Below are positions 56,176-63,394 of a DNA stretch of 64,000 bases, one piece after another (within the stretch, counting starts at the first letter, position 1; every line of letters begins with the position of its first letter). Source of the stretch: an uncultured Muribaculaceae bacterium (GTDB lineage Bacteria > Bacteroidota > Bacteroidia > Bacteroidales > Muribaculaceae). The stretch covers positions 296 through 64,295 of the forward strand of contig CALUIB010000017.1 of the NCBI GenBank assembly GCA_944320595.1. Direction: 5' to 3'. Below the pieces are notes generated by a model. It was not told where the DNA came from, did not search any database, and saw only the letters and a list, made by a program, of their open reading frames with translations. The position numbers and the translations under genes were made by a program.

Positions 56176-56205
56176 AATGTTAAACATAAAGAAAGTAAAC
56201 GAAAA

Positions 56206-57423
56206 ATGAAGAAGTTTGTGAAATCAGTATCTTGCATGGCCGTGTGTGCCATGATGGCTGCGAGCCTTGCTGCTTGTAGCGATGACGAGCCGAATGGCGG
56301 CGGTGATGGCGGTGAACAAAGTGCAAAAGATGTTGCCTTGAAGGCCGCAATCGACCCGTATGTTGACAATACAGTCATTCCTAATTATAAGGTTATGGCC
56401 GATGAGGCTATGGAGCTTTATGACTTGTGCGCTAAAGCCCGTGACAGTTTTGTGGCCGGAGACGTGGCCACTGCCAACGGCTACATCTCTGATGCTTGCG
56501 AGCACTGGACTCGCTCGCGCGAGGCTTGGGAATTGAGCGAGGCTTGGCTGTATGGGGCGGCTGCCGATTATAATATCGACCCCCATATCGACTCATGGCC
56601 GCTTGACAAGCAGGCTCTTGTGAACTTGCTGGCAAATGCCTCGATGATGCAGCAGATAGGGGAGAGCGGCGGTGCATACGTCAGTGCCAACCTTGGTTAC
56701 GGCCTGCTGGGTTTCCACGCTATTGAGTATATGCTTTATGAGTTGTCGGCCGACGGGCAGTCGAGTTCTCCGCGCGATTTGAGCCACACGCTCGAAGGCA
56801 CGACGGTGACCGACAATCACTTGATATACATGGCAGCCGTGGCCGAAGACTTGCGCAACCAGTGCGTGCGGCTCGAAGCTTCATGGGCCGGAATGGATAA
56901 TGTGACGCAGGAAAAGCAGCAAATACTTACCGACAACGAGCTTGAACCCACCAAGGATTACGGGCAAGACATGAAACTGGCCGGACAGCCGGGCAGCAAC
57001 TATCAAAGTCTGACGCTTGCAGCCCAGCAAATCATTCAAGGCGCGATTGATATTGTGAACGAGGTGAATGTGCAGAAGATAGGCCGTCCTCACAGCGGAC
57101 AAAGCACCGAGGACAAGAATTACATAGAGTCGCCATACGCCTTGAATTCAATAGTCGATTTTGCTGACAACATTCGTAGCGTCAGGAATGCATACGAGGG
57201 GCAAAGTGGCGATGCTTCGATAAGCGATTATGTGGCCACGGTGGCTCCCGATGTGGATAGCGAAGTGCGCAGTCTCATACAAGAGAGCATCGACAATATA
57301 ATGCTCATTCCCGAACCGTTTGCGTTGCATGCCACCGAGCAGTCGGCAGCCACTGCAATGGAAAGCCTCACCAAGCTTGAAACGGCTCTTGATAAAGTAA
57401 ATGATGTGTTGATTAATAATTGA
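56206..57423 (+). CDS. Imelysin family lipoprotein (peptidase_M75-like, iron-uptake associated)
   Basis: 405 aa with lipobox LAACSDDE. The imelysin-type HxxE motif (GFHAIEYMLY) is present, with a second helical-bundle half. Confidence 0.8.
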   Translation: MKKFVKSVSCMAVCAMMAASLAACSDDEPNGGGDGGEQSAKDVALKAAIDPYVDNTVIPNYKVMADEAMELYDLCAKARDSFVAGDVATANGYISDACEHWTRSREAWELSEAWLYGAAADYNIDPHIDSWPLDKQALVNLLANASMMQQIGESGGAYVSANLGYGLLGFHAIEYMLYELSADGQSSSPRDLSHTLEGTTVTDNHLIYMAAVAEDLRNQCVRLEASWAGMDNVTQEKQQILTDNELEPTKDYGQDMKLAGQPGSNYQSLTLAAQQIIQGAIDIVNEVNVQKIGRPHSGQSTEDKNYIESPYALNSIVDFADNIRSVRNAYEGQSGDASISDYVATVAPDVDSEVRSLIQESIDNIMLIPEPFALHATEQSAATAMESLTKLETALDKVNDVLINN

Positions 57424-57427
57424 TTCC

Positions 57428-59170
57428 ATGAAAAAGGGTAATTATTACATGATAGGATTATTGGTTGCTGCCGGTGCCTTGTGTGGCTGTAGCGACGACG
57501 AGCCTGCTCCTGTACCAGGTGACGGTGGGGTGGATACCGCTTTGCCCGACTGGTATTATGCCGGCGGCGAGCTTGGAACAGCTTTCCTGAGCACTTCCAA
57601 TGCCTACGAGCAACCTACTGCTGTGGTAGAGGCCGATGCCGAGATGAACGAACGCTTTAAGCATGGAGAGGCATTGTTTGAAAAGATGTACATGACCAAC
57701 CACACCGGTGTGCGCAGCGGCTTGGGCCCGGCCTACGTGCGTAGCTCGTGCATACATTGCCACCCTGGTTACGGCCACGGCAAGCGCAATGCGGCCGGCA
57801 GCTTTGAAACAAGTTCCATAGGCAACGGATGCCTGCTTGTGGTTTATAATCCCGATAACGACGCATACGTGAGCTGGCTGACTGGTATGCCGCAGGGCCA
57901 TGCCGCCGAACCGTTCAAGGCTCCGCTCGATGAAAGCAAAGTTGTCATAACGTGGAACAAATATACCGACGAGTGGAACAATACTTTCCCCGACGGGGAG
58001 ACCTACGACTTGGAGTACCCTTCAATCACTATGTCGCCCGATGCCGTATATGCCTATAATAGGGGCGTGGTCACCGACCTGGGCAATTACAATGTGGTGC
58101 TGGAGTCCACCATAGGAATATATGGCACGGGGCTGCTTGATGCGATACCCGACGAAGACCTGAAGGCCGAATATGCCAAGCAGGAAAACGACGGATTCCT
58201 GCCAAACGGCATCAACCCAGCATTCTTCAAGGGTGGCGAGTGGGTAAAACAGTATAGCAACACCAAGGCAACCGATGTGGCCGCAGGGTTTGCCGATGCT
58301 GGCGAGCAGCATCCGTTCCGTTTCACATACGCCCTTAGCCGCGGACCTCTGCAAGACGCGGCAGGCATAAATGCGATGTGGAACATCACCAATGTGACGC
58401 GTAGCAATCGCCGTTACCATTACCTTGACACGTACTTCGCATCGGCAACGGGCGATGACAAGACGAAGTTTGGCGGCAGTTCATGGGTTAAAGCCTCGGC
58501 CTACGACCCCGATGTGCAGGCCGGGTATAAGGATTATATCGAAGGCGTTGACCCTGAAGGAAACCATCCCACATGGCACGCTACCGACTATGCCGACACC
58601 GAGGCAGTGGCCACGGCAATTGCCGCTTACCTGACTTCGACCGAACTCGATGTGGAGATGGACGATGAGGATTTCATTGATTTTGCCGTGTGGCATCGTG
58701 GCCTTGCAGTGCCTGCGGTGCGCAATATCGATGATCCCGATGTGCTGCGTGGCAAGGAACTGTTTGAGGAGATAGGCTGTGCCTATTGCCATCGTCCGTC
58801 GTGGACCACTGGTAGCGACGACTTCTACGACCCCAATGGCTTTTTTGCCCGCGGCGACAGCCGCTTGCCGCGCTATCCAGGCCAGACTATTTGGCCATAT
58901 TCCGACCTTGTGCAACATAAGCTCCACATGGAAAATGACATACGCACTGGGTGGTGCCGCACCACTCCATTGTGGGGGCGCGGCTTGCACCAGATGTGTA
59001 CCGGCTCGCCCACTGCCGACCGCCTGCACGACAACCGTGCGCGTACCGTCATCGAGGCCATTATGTGGCATGGCAATCCGCAGAGCGATGCTCGCAAGAG
59101 TGTCGAGGAGTTCCGCCAGTTGTCGCGTGCTGACCGCGATGCCATCGTGAAGTTCATCGATGCAATATGA
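57428..59170 (+). CDS. Di-haem oxidoreductase (DUF1111 / thiol oxidoreductase-like cytochrome c)
   Basis: 580 aa with a lipoprotein signal (LCGCSDDE). It has two CxxCH haem motifs, CIHCH and CAYCH. The arrangement after imelysin is typical. Confidence 0.85.
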   Translation: MKKGNYYMIGLLVAAGALCGCSDDEPAPVPGDGGVDTALPDWYYAGGELGTAFLSTSNAYEQPTAVVEADAEMNERFKHGEALFEKMYMTNHTGVRSGLGPAYVRSSCIHCHPGYGHGKRNAAGSFETSSIGNGCLLVVYNPDNDAYVSWLTGMPQGHAAEPFKAPLDESKVVITWNKYTDEWNNTFPDGETYDLEYPSITMSPDAVYAYNRGVVTDLGNYNVVLESTIGIYGTGLLDAIPDEDLKAEYAKQENDGFLPNGINPAFFKGGEWVKQYSNTKATDVAAGFADAGEQHPFRFTYALSRGPLQDAAGINAMWNITNVTRSNRRYHYLDTYFASATGDDKTKFGGSSWVKASAYDPDVQAGYKDYIEGVDPEGNHPTWHATDYADTEAVATAIAAYLTSTELDVEMDDEDFIDFAVWHRGLAVPAVRNIDDPDVLRGKELFEEIGCAYCHRPSWTTGSDDFYDPNGFFARGDSRLPRYPGQTIWPYSDLVQHKLHMENDIRTGWCRTTPLWGRGLHQMCTGSPTADRLHDNRARTVIEAIMWHGNPQSDARKSVEEFRQLSRADRDAIVKFIDAI

Positions 59171-59270
59171 CGTGTTCATAAACGTGTACTGTAAATTTCA
59201 TAAAAGTGAACGCGTGGTGTGCGCCATCTTTGTCGAAAAAGGATGGTAGCACACCATTTTTATCAAGAAT

Positions 59271-61493
59271 ATGACAAGCAAAAAAATCAAAGTGATGCGG
59301 AATGCCAGTTTCGGCCTTGCGGGATTGGCAGTGCTGGTGCTTGCCGCCGCCACGGTTGTTGAGGCGGCGCAAGGAAGTACGGGTATTTATGGCTCGCCGC
59401 TTTTCGTGGCATTGTGGACATTGCTGGCGGTATCATCGGTTGCCTATATATTGGCTTGCAAGATGGCGAGGCGCAAGTCTGTTTTCATGTTGCATCTGTC
59501 ACTTGTGGTTATATTGGTGGGGGCATTTGTCACATACGTATGGGGTGAACGCGGAACAGTACATTTACGGCAGGGTGATGAGCCAGTGTCGGTGTTTCGT
59601 TCGGCTGATGGAGGCGAGTGCCGTTTCCCTTTTGGCATTGTGCTCGATGATTTTGAAATTTCCTATTATCCGGGAACGGCAGCCCCCAACGACTTTGTGA
59701 GCACCGTCATGGTGCATGACGGCGGCAGTGTCGCCACCGGGAAGGTTTCGATGAATCATGTATATGAGTACGGCAATTACCGCTTTTATCAATCAACATA
59801 CGATTCCGACGGGCTTGGCAGCACTTTGTCGGTTTGCCATGACCCTGTGGGCATTGCCGTCACCTACGCAGGTTATGCCATGTTGCTGTTTTCGGCGGTA
59901 CTGTTCTTTTTCGACCGTGGCAGCGGTTTCCGCCGCTTGTTGCGCCACCCGGCACTTCGCAGGGCGGCACTGTGCATTGTGTTGCCAGTATCGGCATTGG
60001 CAGCACAGGCTGCCGGTGTCGGGGAGCCGAAGGCGTTGCCCGAATCCACGGCCAAGTGTTTCGGCGACTTGTATGTTTATTATAATGGCCGAGTAAGCCC
60101 GTTGCAGACACTTGCACGTGACTTTACCGTGAAACTGTGCGGCAAGACTTCATACCGGGGGCTGACTGCCGAACAGGTATTTACCGGCTGGTTCTTCTAT
60201 TACGACGATTGGAAGGAGGAACCAATGATACGCATAAAAAGTGGCGAAGTGCGGCAGTTGCTCGGCATCGAAGGTGAATATGCAAGGCTTGTGGATTTCG
60301 TCGGCCCGGAGGGCTATAAGCTGGGCAATGCGCATGAGGCCGGTTCTGGCGTGAAAGACTTGCGCGGAGTGAGCGATGCCGATGAGAAATTCAGCTTGGT
60401 GAGCGCGGTATGCACAGGGCGAGCGTTAAAAATATTCCCATACCGCGACAGTTGTGGCATGGCTTGGTATTCGGTGGCCGACAGGCTGCCTGCCTCAATG
60501 CCACAGGAGCAGTGGATGTTTGTCAGGTATTGCATGAACTATATTGCCGAGCGTGTGGCGTGCAAGGACTATGCCGCCGTTGACACGCTGCTTGCCAAGA
60601 CCCGTAAGTATCAACAGAAAGAGGCTGCCGAATACATGCCGGGCGAAATTCGGGTTGAGGCCGAGAAACTGTACAACAAGCTCGGATATGTCTGCCCGGT
60701 GGCTATTTTGTGCATCGTGGCTGGCTTGGCATCGTTCTTCCTCTATTGCAGACGCATGATTTGTGTAGGCGTATGCCGCAGGCACTGGATGGACAATCTG
60801 CTTGTGGCTATGACGGCGGTAGTGCTTGCCTACGTGGTATTGGTACTGGCGTTGAGGGGAATTGTCGGGGGATATTTTCCTGCGTCAAATGGTTTTGAGA
60901 CCATGCATTTGATGGCTGCCTGTGTGCTGACGATGGCACTTGTGGCGCACAGGCGGTTTGAGATGGCACTCTCGTTTGGGTTCATGCTGTGCGGCCTGGC
61001 ATTGCTTGTGGCCATGATGGGTGAGGCCAACCCACCAGTTACGCCGCTCATGCCAGTGTTGTCATCGCCGTTGCTTAGCATTCATGTGGCTGTGATAATG
61101 GTGGCGTATTCATTGTTTGGCTTTGCCATGTTCAATGGTATTGCAGCAGTGGTGTTATATTGCAGTGGCCGTGGGTATGCCGCGCAAATTGTGCGGTTGC
61201 AGGTGCTTGGCAGGCTGATGCTTTATCCGGCAGTGTTCCTGCTTGCTGTGGGAATTTTCACCGGGGCAGTATGGGCTAATGTGTCGTGGGGACGTTACTG
61301 GGGGTGGGATCCCAAGGAAACGTGGGCGTTGATAACGCTCATGGTATATGCGGCTGCATTGCACACCACCTCGCTGCCAGCATTGCGCCGCCCCATGGTG
61401 TTCCACTGGTTTTCCATAATAGCTTTTTTAAGCGTGGTAATAACCTACTTGGGGGCAAACTTCATAATGACCGGCTTGCATAGCTATGCTTAA
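59271..61493 (+). CDS. ccsA: Cytochrome c biogenesis protein, fused CcsB(ResB-like)/CcsA (system II)
   Basis: 740-aa polytopic ORF with the Trp-rich haem-handling motif WANVSWGRYWGWDPKETWALITL. An alternative start is ATG 59295 (MRNASFG). Confidence 0.85.
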   Translation: MTSKKIKVMRNASFGLAGLAVLVLAAATVVEAAQGSTGIYGSPLFVALWTLLAVSSVAYILACKMARRKSVFMLHLSLVVILVGAFVTYVWGERGTVHLRQGDEPVSVFRSADGGECRFPFGIVLDDFEISYYPGTAAPNDFVSTVMVHDGGSVATGKVSMNHVYEYGNYRFYQSTYDSDGLGSTLSVCHDPVGIAVTYAGYAMLLFSAVLFFFDRGSGFRRLLRHPALRRAALCIVLPVSALAAQAAGVGEPKALPESTAKCFGDLYVYYNGRVSPLQTLARDFTVKLCGKTSYRGLTAEQVFTGWFFYYDDWKEEPMIRIKSGEVRQLLGIEGEYARLVDFVGPEGYKLGNAHEAGSGVKDLRGVSDADEKFSLVSAVCTGRALKIFPYRDSCGMAWYSVADRLPASMPQEQWMFVRYCMNYIAERVACKDYAAVDTLLAKTRKYQQKEAAEYMPGEIRVEAEKLYNKLGYVCPVAILCIVAGLASFFLYCRRMICVGVCRRHWMDNLLVAMTAVVLAYVVLVLALRGIVGGYFPASNGFETMHLMAACVLTMALVAHRRFEMALSFGFMLCGLALLVAMMGEANPPVTPLMPVLSSPLLSIHVAVIMVAYSLFGFAMFNGIAAVVLYCSGRGYAAQIVRLQVLGRLMLYPAVFLLAVGIFTGAVWANVSWGRYWGWDPKETWALITLMVYAAALHTTSLPALRRPMVFHWFSIIAFLSVVITYLGANFIMTGLHSYA

Positions 61494-61603
61494 AATAATT
61501 AGGAATTAGGAATGAGGAATTAGGAATTGATTTCAATTAGTCTAATTGGCCTAATTAGGCTCATTCCCAATTCCTAATTTCTCATTCCCAATTCCTAATT
61601 ATT
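61494..61603. terminator. 36-bp near-perfect inverted repeat (AATTAGGAATT-rich) with nested palindromes, between convergent genes
   Basis: The left arm is AATAATTAGGAATTAGGAATGAGGAATTAGGAATTG (61494-61529). The right arm (61568-61603) differs at 2 of 36 positions. The spacer contains CAATTAGtCTAATTG and CCTAATTAGG. Confidence 0.7.
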
Positions 61604-61604
61604 C

Positions 61605-61916
61605 CTAATTGCGTGGGCAGCATCCGCCGTGGCGGTGATGGCGGTGGTGGCCGCGATGGTAGTCGCAGCATTGGCTGCGGTAGTCACAGCTGTCGCACTG
61701 GGCGCACCATTCTTGTTTGCGGCAATACTCGCATTTGTCGCAGTTTTCTCCGCATGGGCATTCACCCGTGCAGCCGCAAGTTTGCCCGCAGCAGCATTCC
61801 ACTCGGTTGCGGTTGTTGTCGCTGGTGTTATTGTCGTCGGCAGCAAAAGCGATTGCCGAGCAGCTTAATACAAAACCTGCAACAAGGCTTATAATTCCAA
61901 TTCGTTTCATAATCAT
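61605..61916 (-). CDS. Secreted Cys/His-rich mini-protein (metallothionein-like composition)
   Basis: ORF 61605-61967 with ATG 61916 or 61910 (MIMKRIGIISLVAGFVLSCSAIAFA, signal or lipoprotein peptide). The 78-aa mature part has 17 Cys (CCC, CxC and CxxC patterns) and HRGHHRHHRH. A -7 box lies 20 nt upstream and a hairpin lies downstream. Confidence 0.6.
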   Translation of the reverse strand: MIMKRIGIISLVAGFVLSCSAIAFAADDNNTSDNNRNRVECCCGQTCGCTGECPCGENCDKCEYCRKQEWCAQCDSCDYRSQCCDYHRGHHRHHRHGGCCPRN

Positions 61917-61936
61917 TATATTAAGAGTAACACGTG

Positions 61937-61944
61937 CAAAGATA
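61937..61944 (-). promoter_or_regulatory. Putative -7 box (TATCTTTG) for the Cys/His-rich protein gene
   Basis: Exact TAnnTTTG match, 20 nt upstream of ATG 61916. Confidence 0.5.
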
Positions 61945-62006
61945 GGAAATGAAAAACAATCTTGCATAATTCGACGGCATTAAATCTTGTTGAAATATGC
62001 CTGTAT

Positions 62007-62080
62007 TAAAAACTCATTAAGCCGGGAGTCTCACGACTGCCGGCTTAACTATTAACCTTAAATCTAATACCATGAAAAAC
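62007..62080 (-). ncRNA. Candidate ~70-75-nt small RNA (orphan promoter plus intrinsic terminator)
   Basis: A -7 box TATATTTG sits at 62087-62094 (minus). A 13-bp hairpin follows, TTAAGCCGGGAGTC-tcac-GACTGCCGGCTTAA (62017-62048), then GTTTTT on the minus strand. The only ORF inside is 18 codons. Confidence 0.3.
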
Positions 62081-62149
62081 ACATCGCAAATATAATTGTT
62101 TATTGGAAATATACAAGGGGTAAGAAAGGATATTTTACCTAATTTGCAT

Positions 62150-62207
62150 TGTTTAACGGTTTGGCGCGGCTTATTGTTGCGTATATGCTTTTTTGTTGTT
62201 ATCTTTG
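62150..62207 (+). repeat. Degenerate partial unit of the intergenic hairpin repeat, ending in TATCTTTG
   Basis: ...GCGCGGCTTATTGTTGCGTATATGCTTTTTTGTTGTTATCTTTG. It is followed directly by the complete unit. Confidence 0.4.
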
Positions 62208-62208
62208 G

Positions 62209-62283
62209 GTAAGGCAGGCTGCGCCTTGGCAATAAAAACAAATGAATTTGTTTTGTATTGCGCTCGACTTGCACTATCTTTAT
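62209..62283 (+). repeat. Intergenic hairpin repeat unit (same family as 24890-24966)
   Basis: GTAAGGCAGGCTGCGCCTTGG, then hairpin AAAAACAAATGAATTTGTTTTGT, then ATTGCGCTCGACTTGCACTATCTTTA. About 80% identical to the 24890 copy by hand alignment. Confidence 0.8.
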
Positions 62284-62306
62284 AAGTGGAAATTAAATGC
62301 ATTTTT

Positions 62307-62798
62307 ATGAATAGGATTATTGAAATTAACGATAACGACCGCCATTTCATGAAAATGGCTTGCGAACTGGCGTATGAGAATGTCGAGAAAGGGGGTGGCC
62401 CGTTTGGCGCAGTCATAGTGAAGGACGGCGAAGTGGTGGCTACCGGCACTAACACGGTGACGCTCGACAACGACCCCACGGCACACGCCGAGGTGAATGC
62501 CATAAGGAATGCTTGCCGCCAAGCCGGCAGTTTCAACCTCGAAGGGTGCGACATATACACCTCGTGCGAGCCTTGCCCCATGTGCCTGAGCGCACTTTAC
62601 TGGGCCAGGGTGAGGAGCATATATTACGCCAACACGCAGATGGACGCACGTGCGATAAACTTCGATGACAATTTCATATACGAGGAGATTGCCCGCCCGC
62701 ATCTTGAACGCTCCATACCGTGTGTGCATATCGACGAGCCTTCGGCCATCAATGCCTTCCGCTTGTGGGATACGAAAACCGATAAAAAAGAGTATTGA
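62307..62798 (+). CDS. Nucleoside/guanine deaminase (CMP/dCMP deaminase zinc-binding fold)
   Basis: ORF 62286-62798 opens with GTG; I prefer ATG 62307 (MNRIIEIND...). HAEVNAIRNA and PCPMCLSALYWARV zinc motifs present. Confidence 0.85.
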   Translation: MNRIIEINDNDRHFMKMACELAYENVEKGGGPFGAVIVKDGEVVATGTNTVTLDNDPTAHAEVNAIRNACRQAGSFNLEGCDIYTSCEPCPMCLSALYWARVRSIYYANTQMDARAINFDDNFIYEEIARPHLERSIPCVHIDEPSAINAFRLWDTKTDKKEY

Positions 62799-62801
62799 GC
62801 G

Positions 62802-63155
62802 ATGTCGGTGAATAAAGTCATATTGCTGGGCAATGTGGGGCGCGACCCCGATGTGCGCTACACGGGGCCGGGACAGGCTATTGCTGAATTTACACTTGCC
62901 ACCACCGAGCGCGCCCGCACCAATGCCGCCGGGGTGCAGGTGCCGGAACGCACCGAGTGGCATCGCATAGTGATGAACGGGCAGAACGCCCTCTTTGCCG
63001 AGCGTTACATACGCAAGGGAACCAAGCTATATATTGAGGGGAAACTGCGAACTCGCGTGTGGGAAGATCGCGCAAGCATAAAGCATTACGTGACCGAGGT
63101 TTACGTCGATACTTTCGATTTCCTCGGCCGCAGCACCACCAGCAGCGGCCAGTAA
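62802..63155 (+). CDS. ssb: Single-stranded DNA-binding protein (short form)
   Basis: 117 aa with VNKVILLGNVGRDPDVRY, TEWHRIV and GTKLYIEGKLRTRVWED (OB fold). Confidence 0.9.
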   Translation: MSVNKVILLGNVGRDPDVRYTGPGQAIAEFTLATTERARTNAAGVQVPERTEWHRIVMNGQNALFAERYIRKGTKLYIEGKLRTRVWEDRASIKHYVTEVYVDTFDFLGRSTTSSGQ

Positions 63156-63215
63156 TTGCCATGCTGCGAATACATTTTTTTGAGGGAAAGTGTTGCTGTG
63201 GTGGGTGGAAATGTG

Positions 63216-63223
63216 TATCTTTG
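63216..63223 (+). promoter_or_regulatory. Putative -7 box (TATCTTTG) for the metK leader
   Basis: Exact TAnnTTTG match, 171 nt upstream of ATG 63395. It leaves a long leader. Confidence 0.45.
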
Positions 63224-63245
63224 CAGATTGAAAATGGATATTAAC

Positions 63246-63300
63246 CGATTGTGGAAAAATTTGGCTGCTTGCAACCACACAAAAAAATGCTAAAATCGCG
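63246..63300 (+). promoter_or_regulatory. Candidate SAM-II-like pseudoknot riboswitch in the metK leader
   Basis: The sequence is CGAUUGUGGAAAAAUUUGGCUGCUUGCAACCACACAAAAAAAUGCUAAAAUCG. GUGG/CCAC forms a helix, and the loop AUUUGGC can pair with the 3' GCUAAAU (H-type pseudoknot). The UUGGCU..UUGC...GCUAAAA pattern resembles SAM-II as I recall it. Confidence 0.35.
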
Positions 63301-63394
63301 ATTCTTAACTTATTGAATTTCCCCCCTGACAGAAGGTTCAACTTAGTGTAAAAGTCGTTTAGCATTTTTCCACAGCAAAAAAATGTTTGGAAAA

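Noticed and set aside
61629-61868. A plus-strand Ala/Val-rich 79-aa ORF opposite the Cys/His-rich gene
   Set aside because: The minus strand has a -7 box, a canonical signal peptide and a downstream hairpin. The plus ORF has none of these and looks like the complement of Cys/His codon runs.
62017-62581. Minus-strand ORFs 62017-62274 and 62171-62581, together with 24795-25031, which contain peptide strings such as SRAQYKTNSFVF
   Set aside because: They read through the intergenic hairpin repeat units and promoter boxes, so the shared peptide strings come from translating a DNA repeat. The 62171-62581 ORF is also antisense to the deaminase gene.
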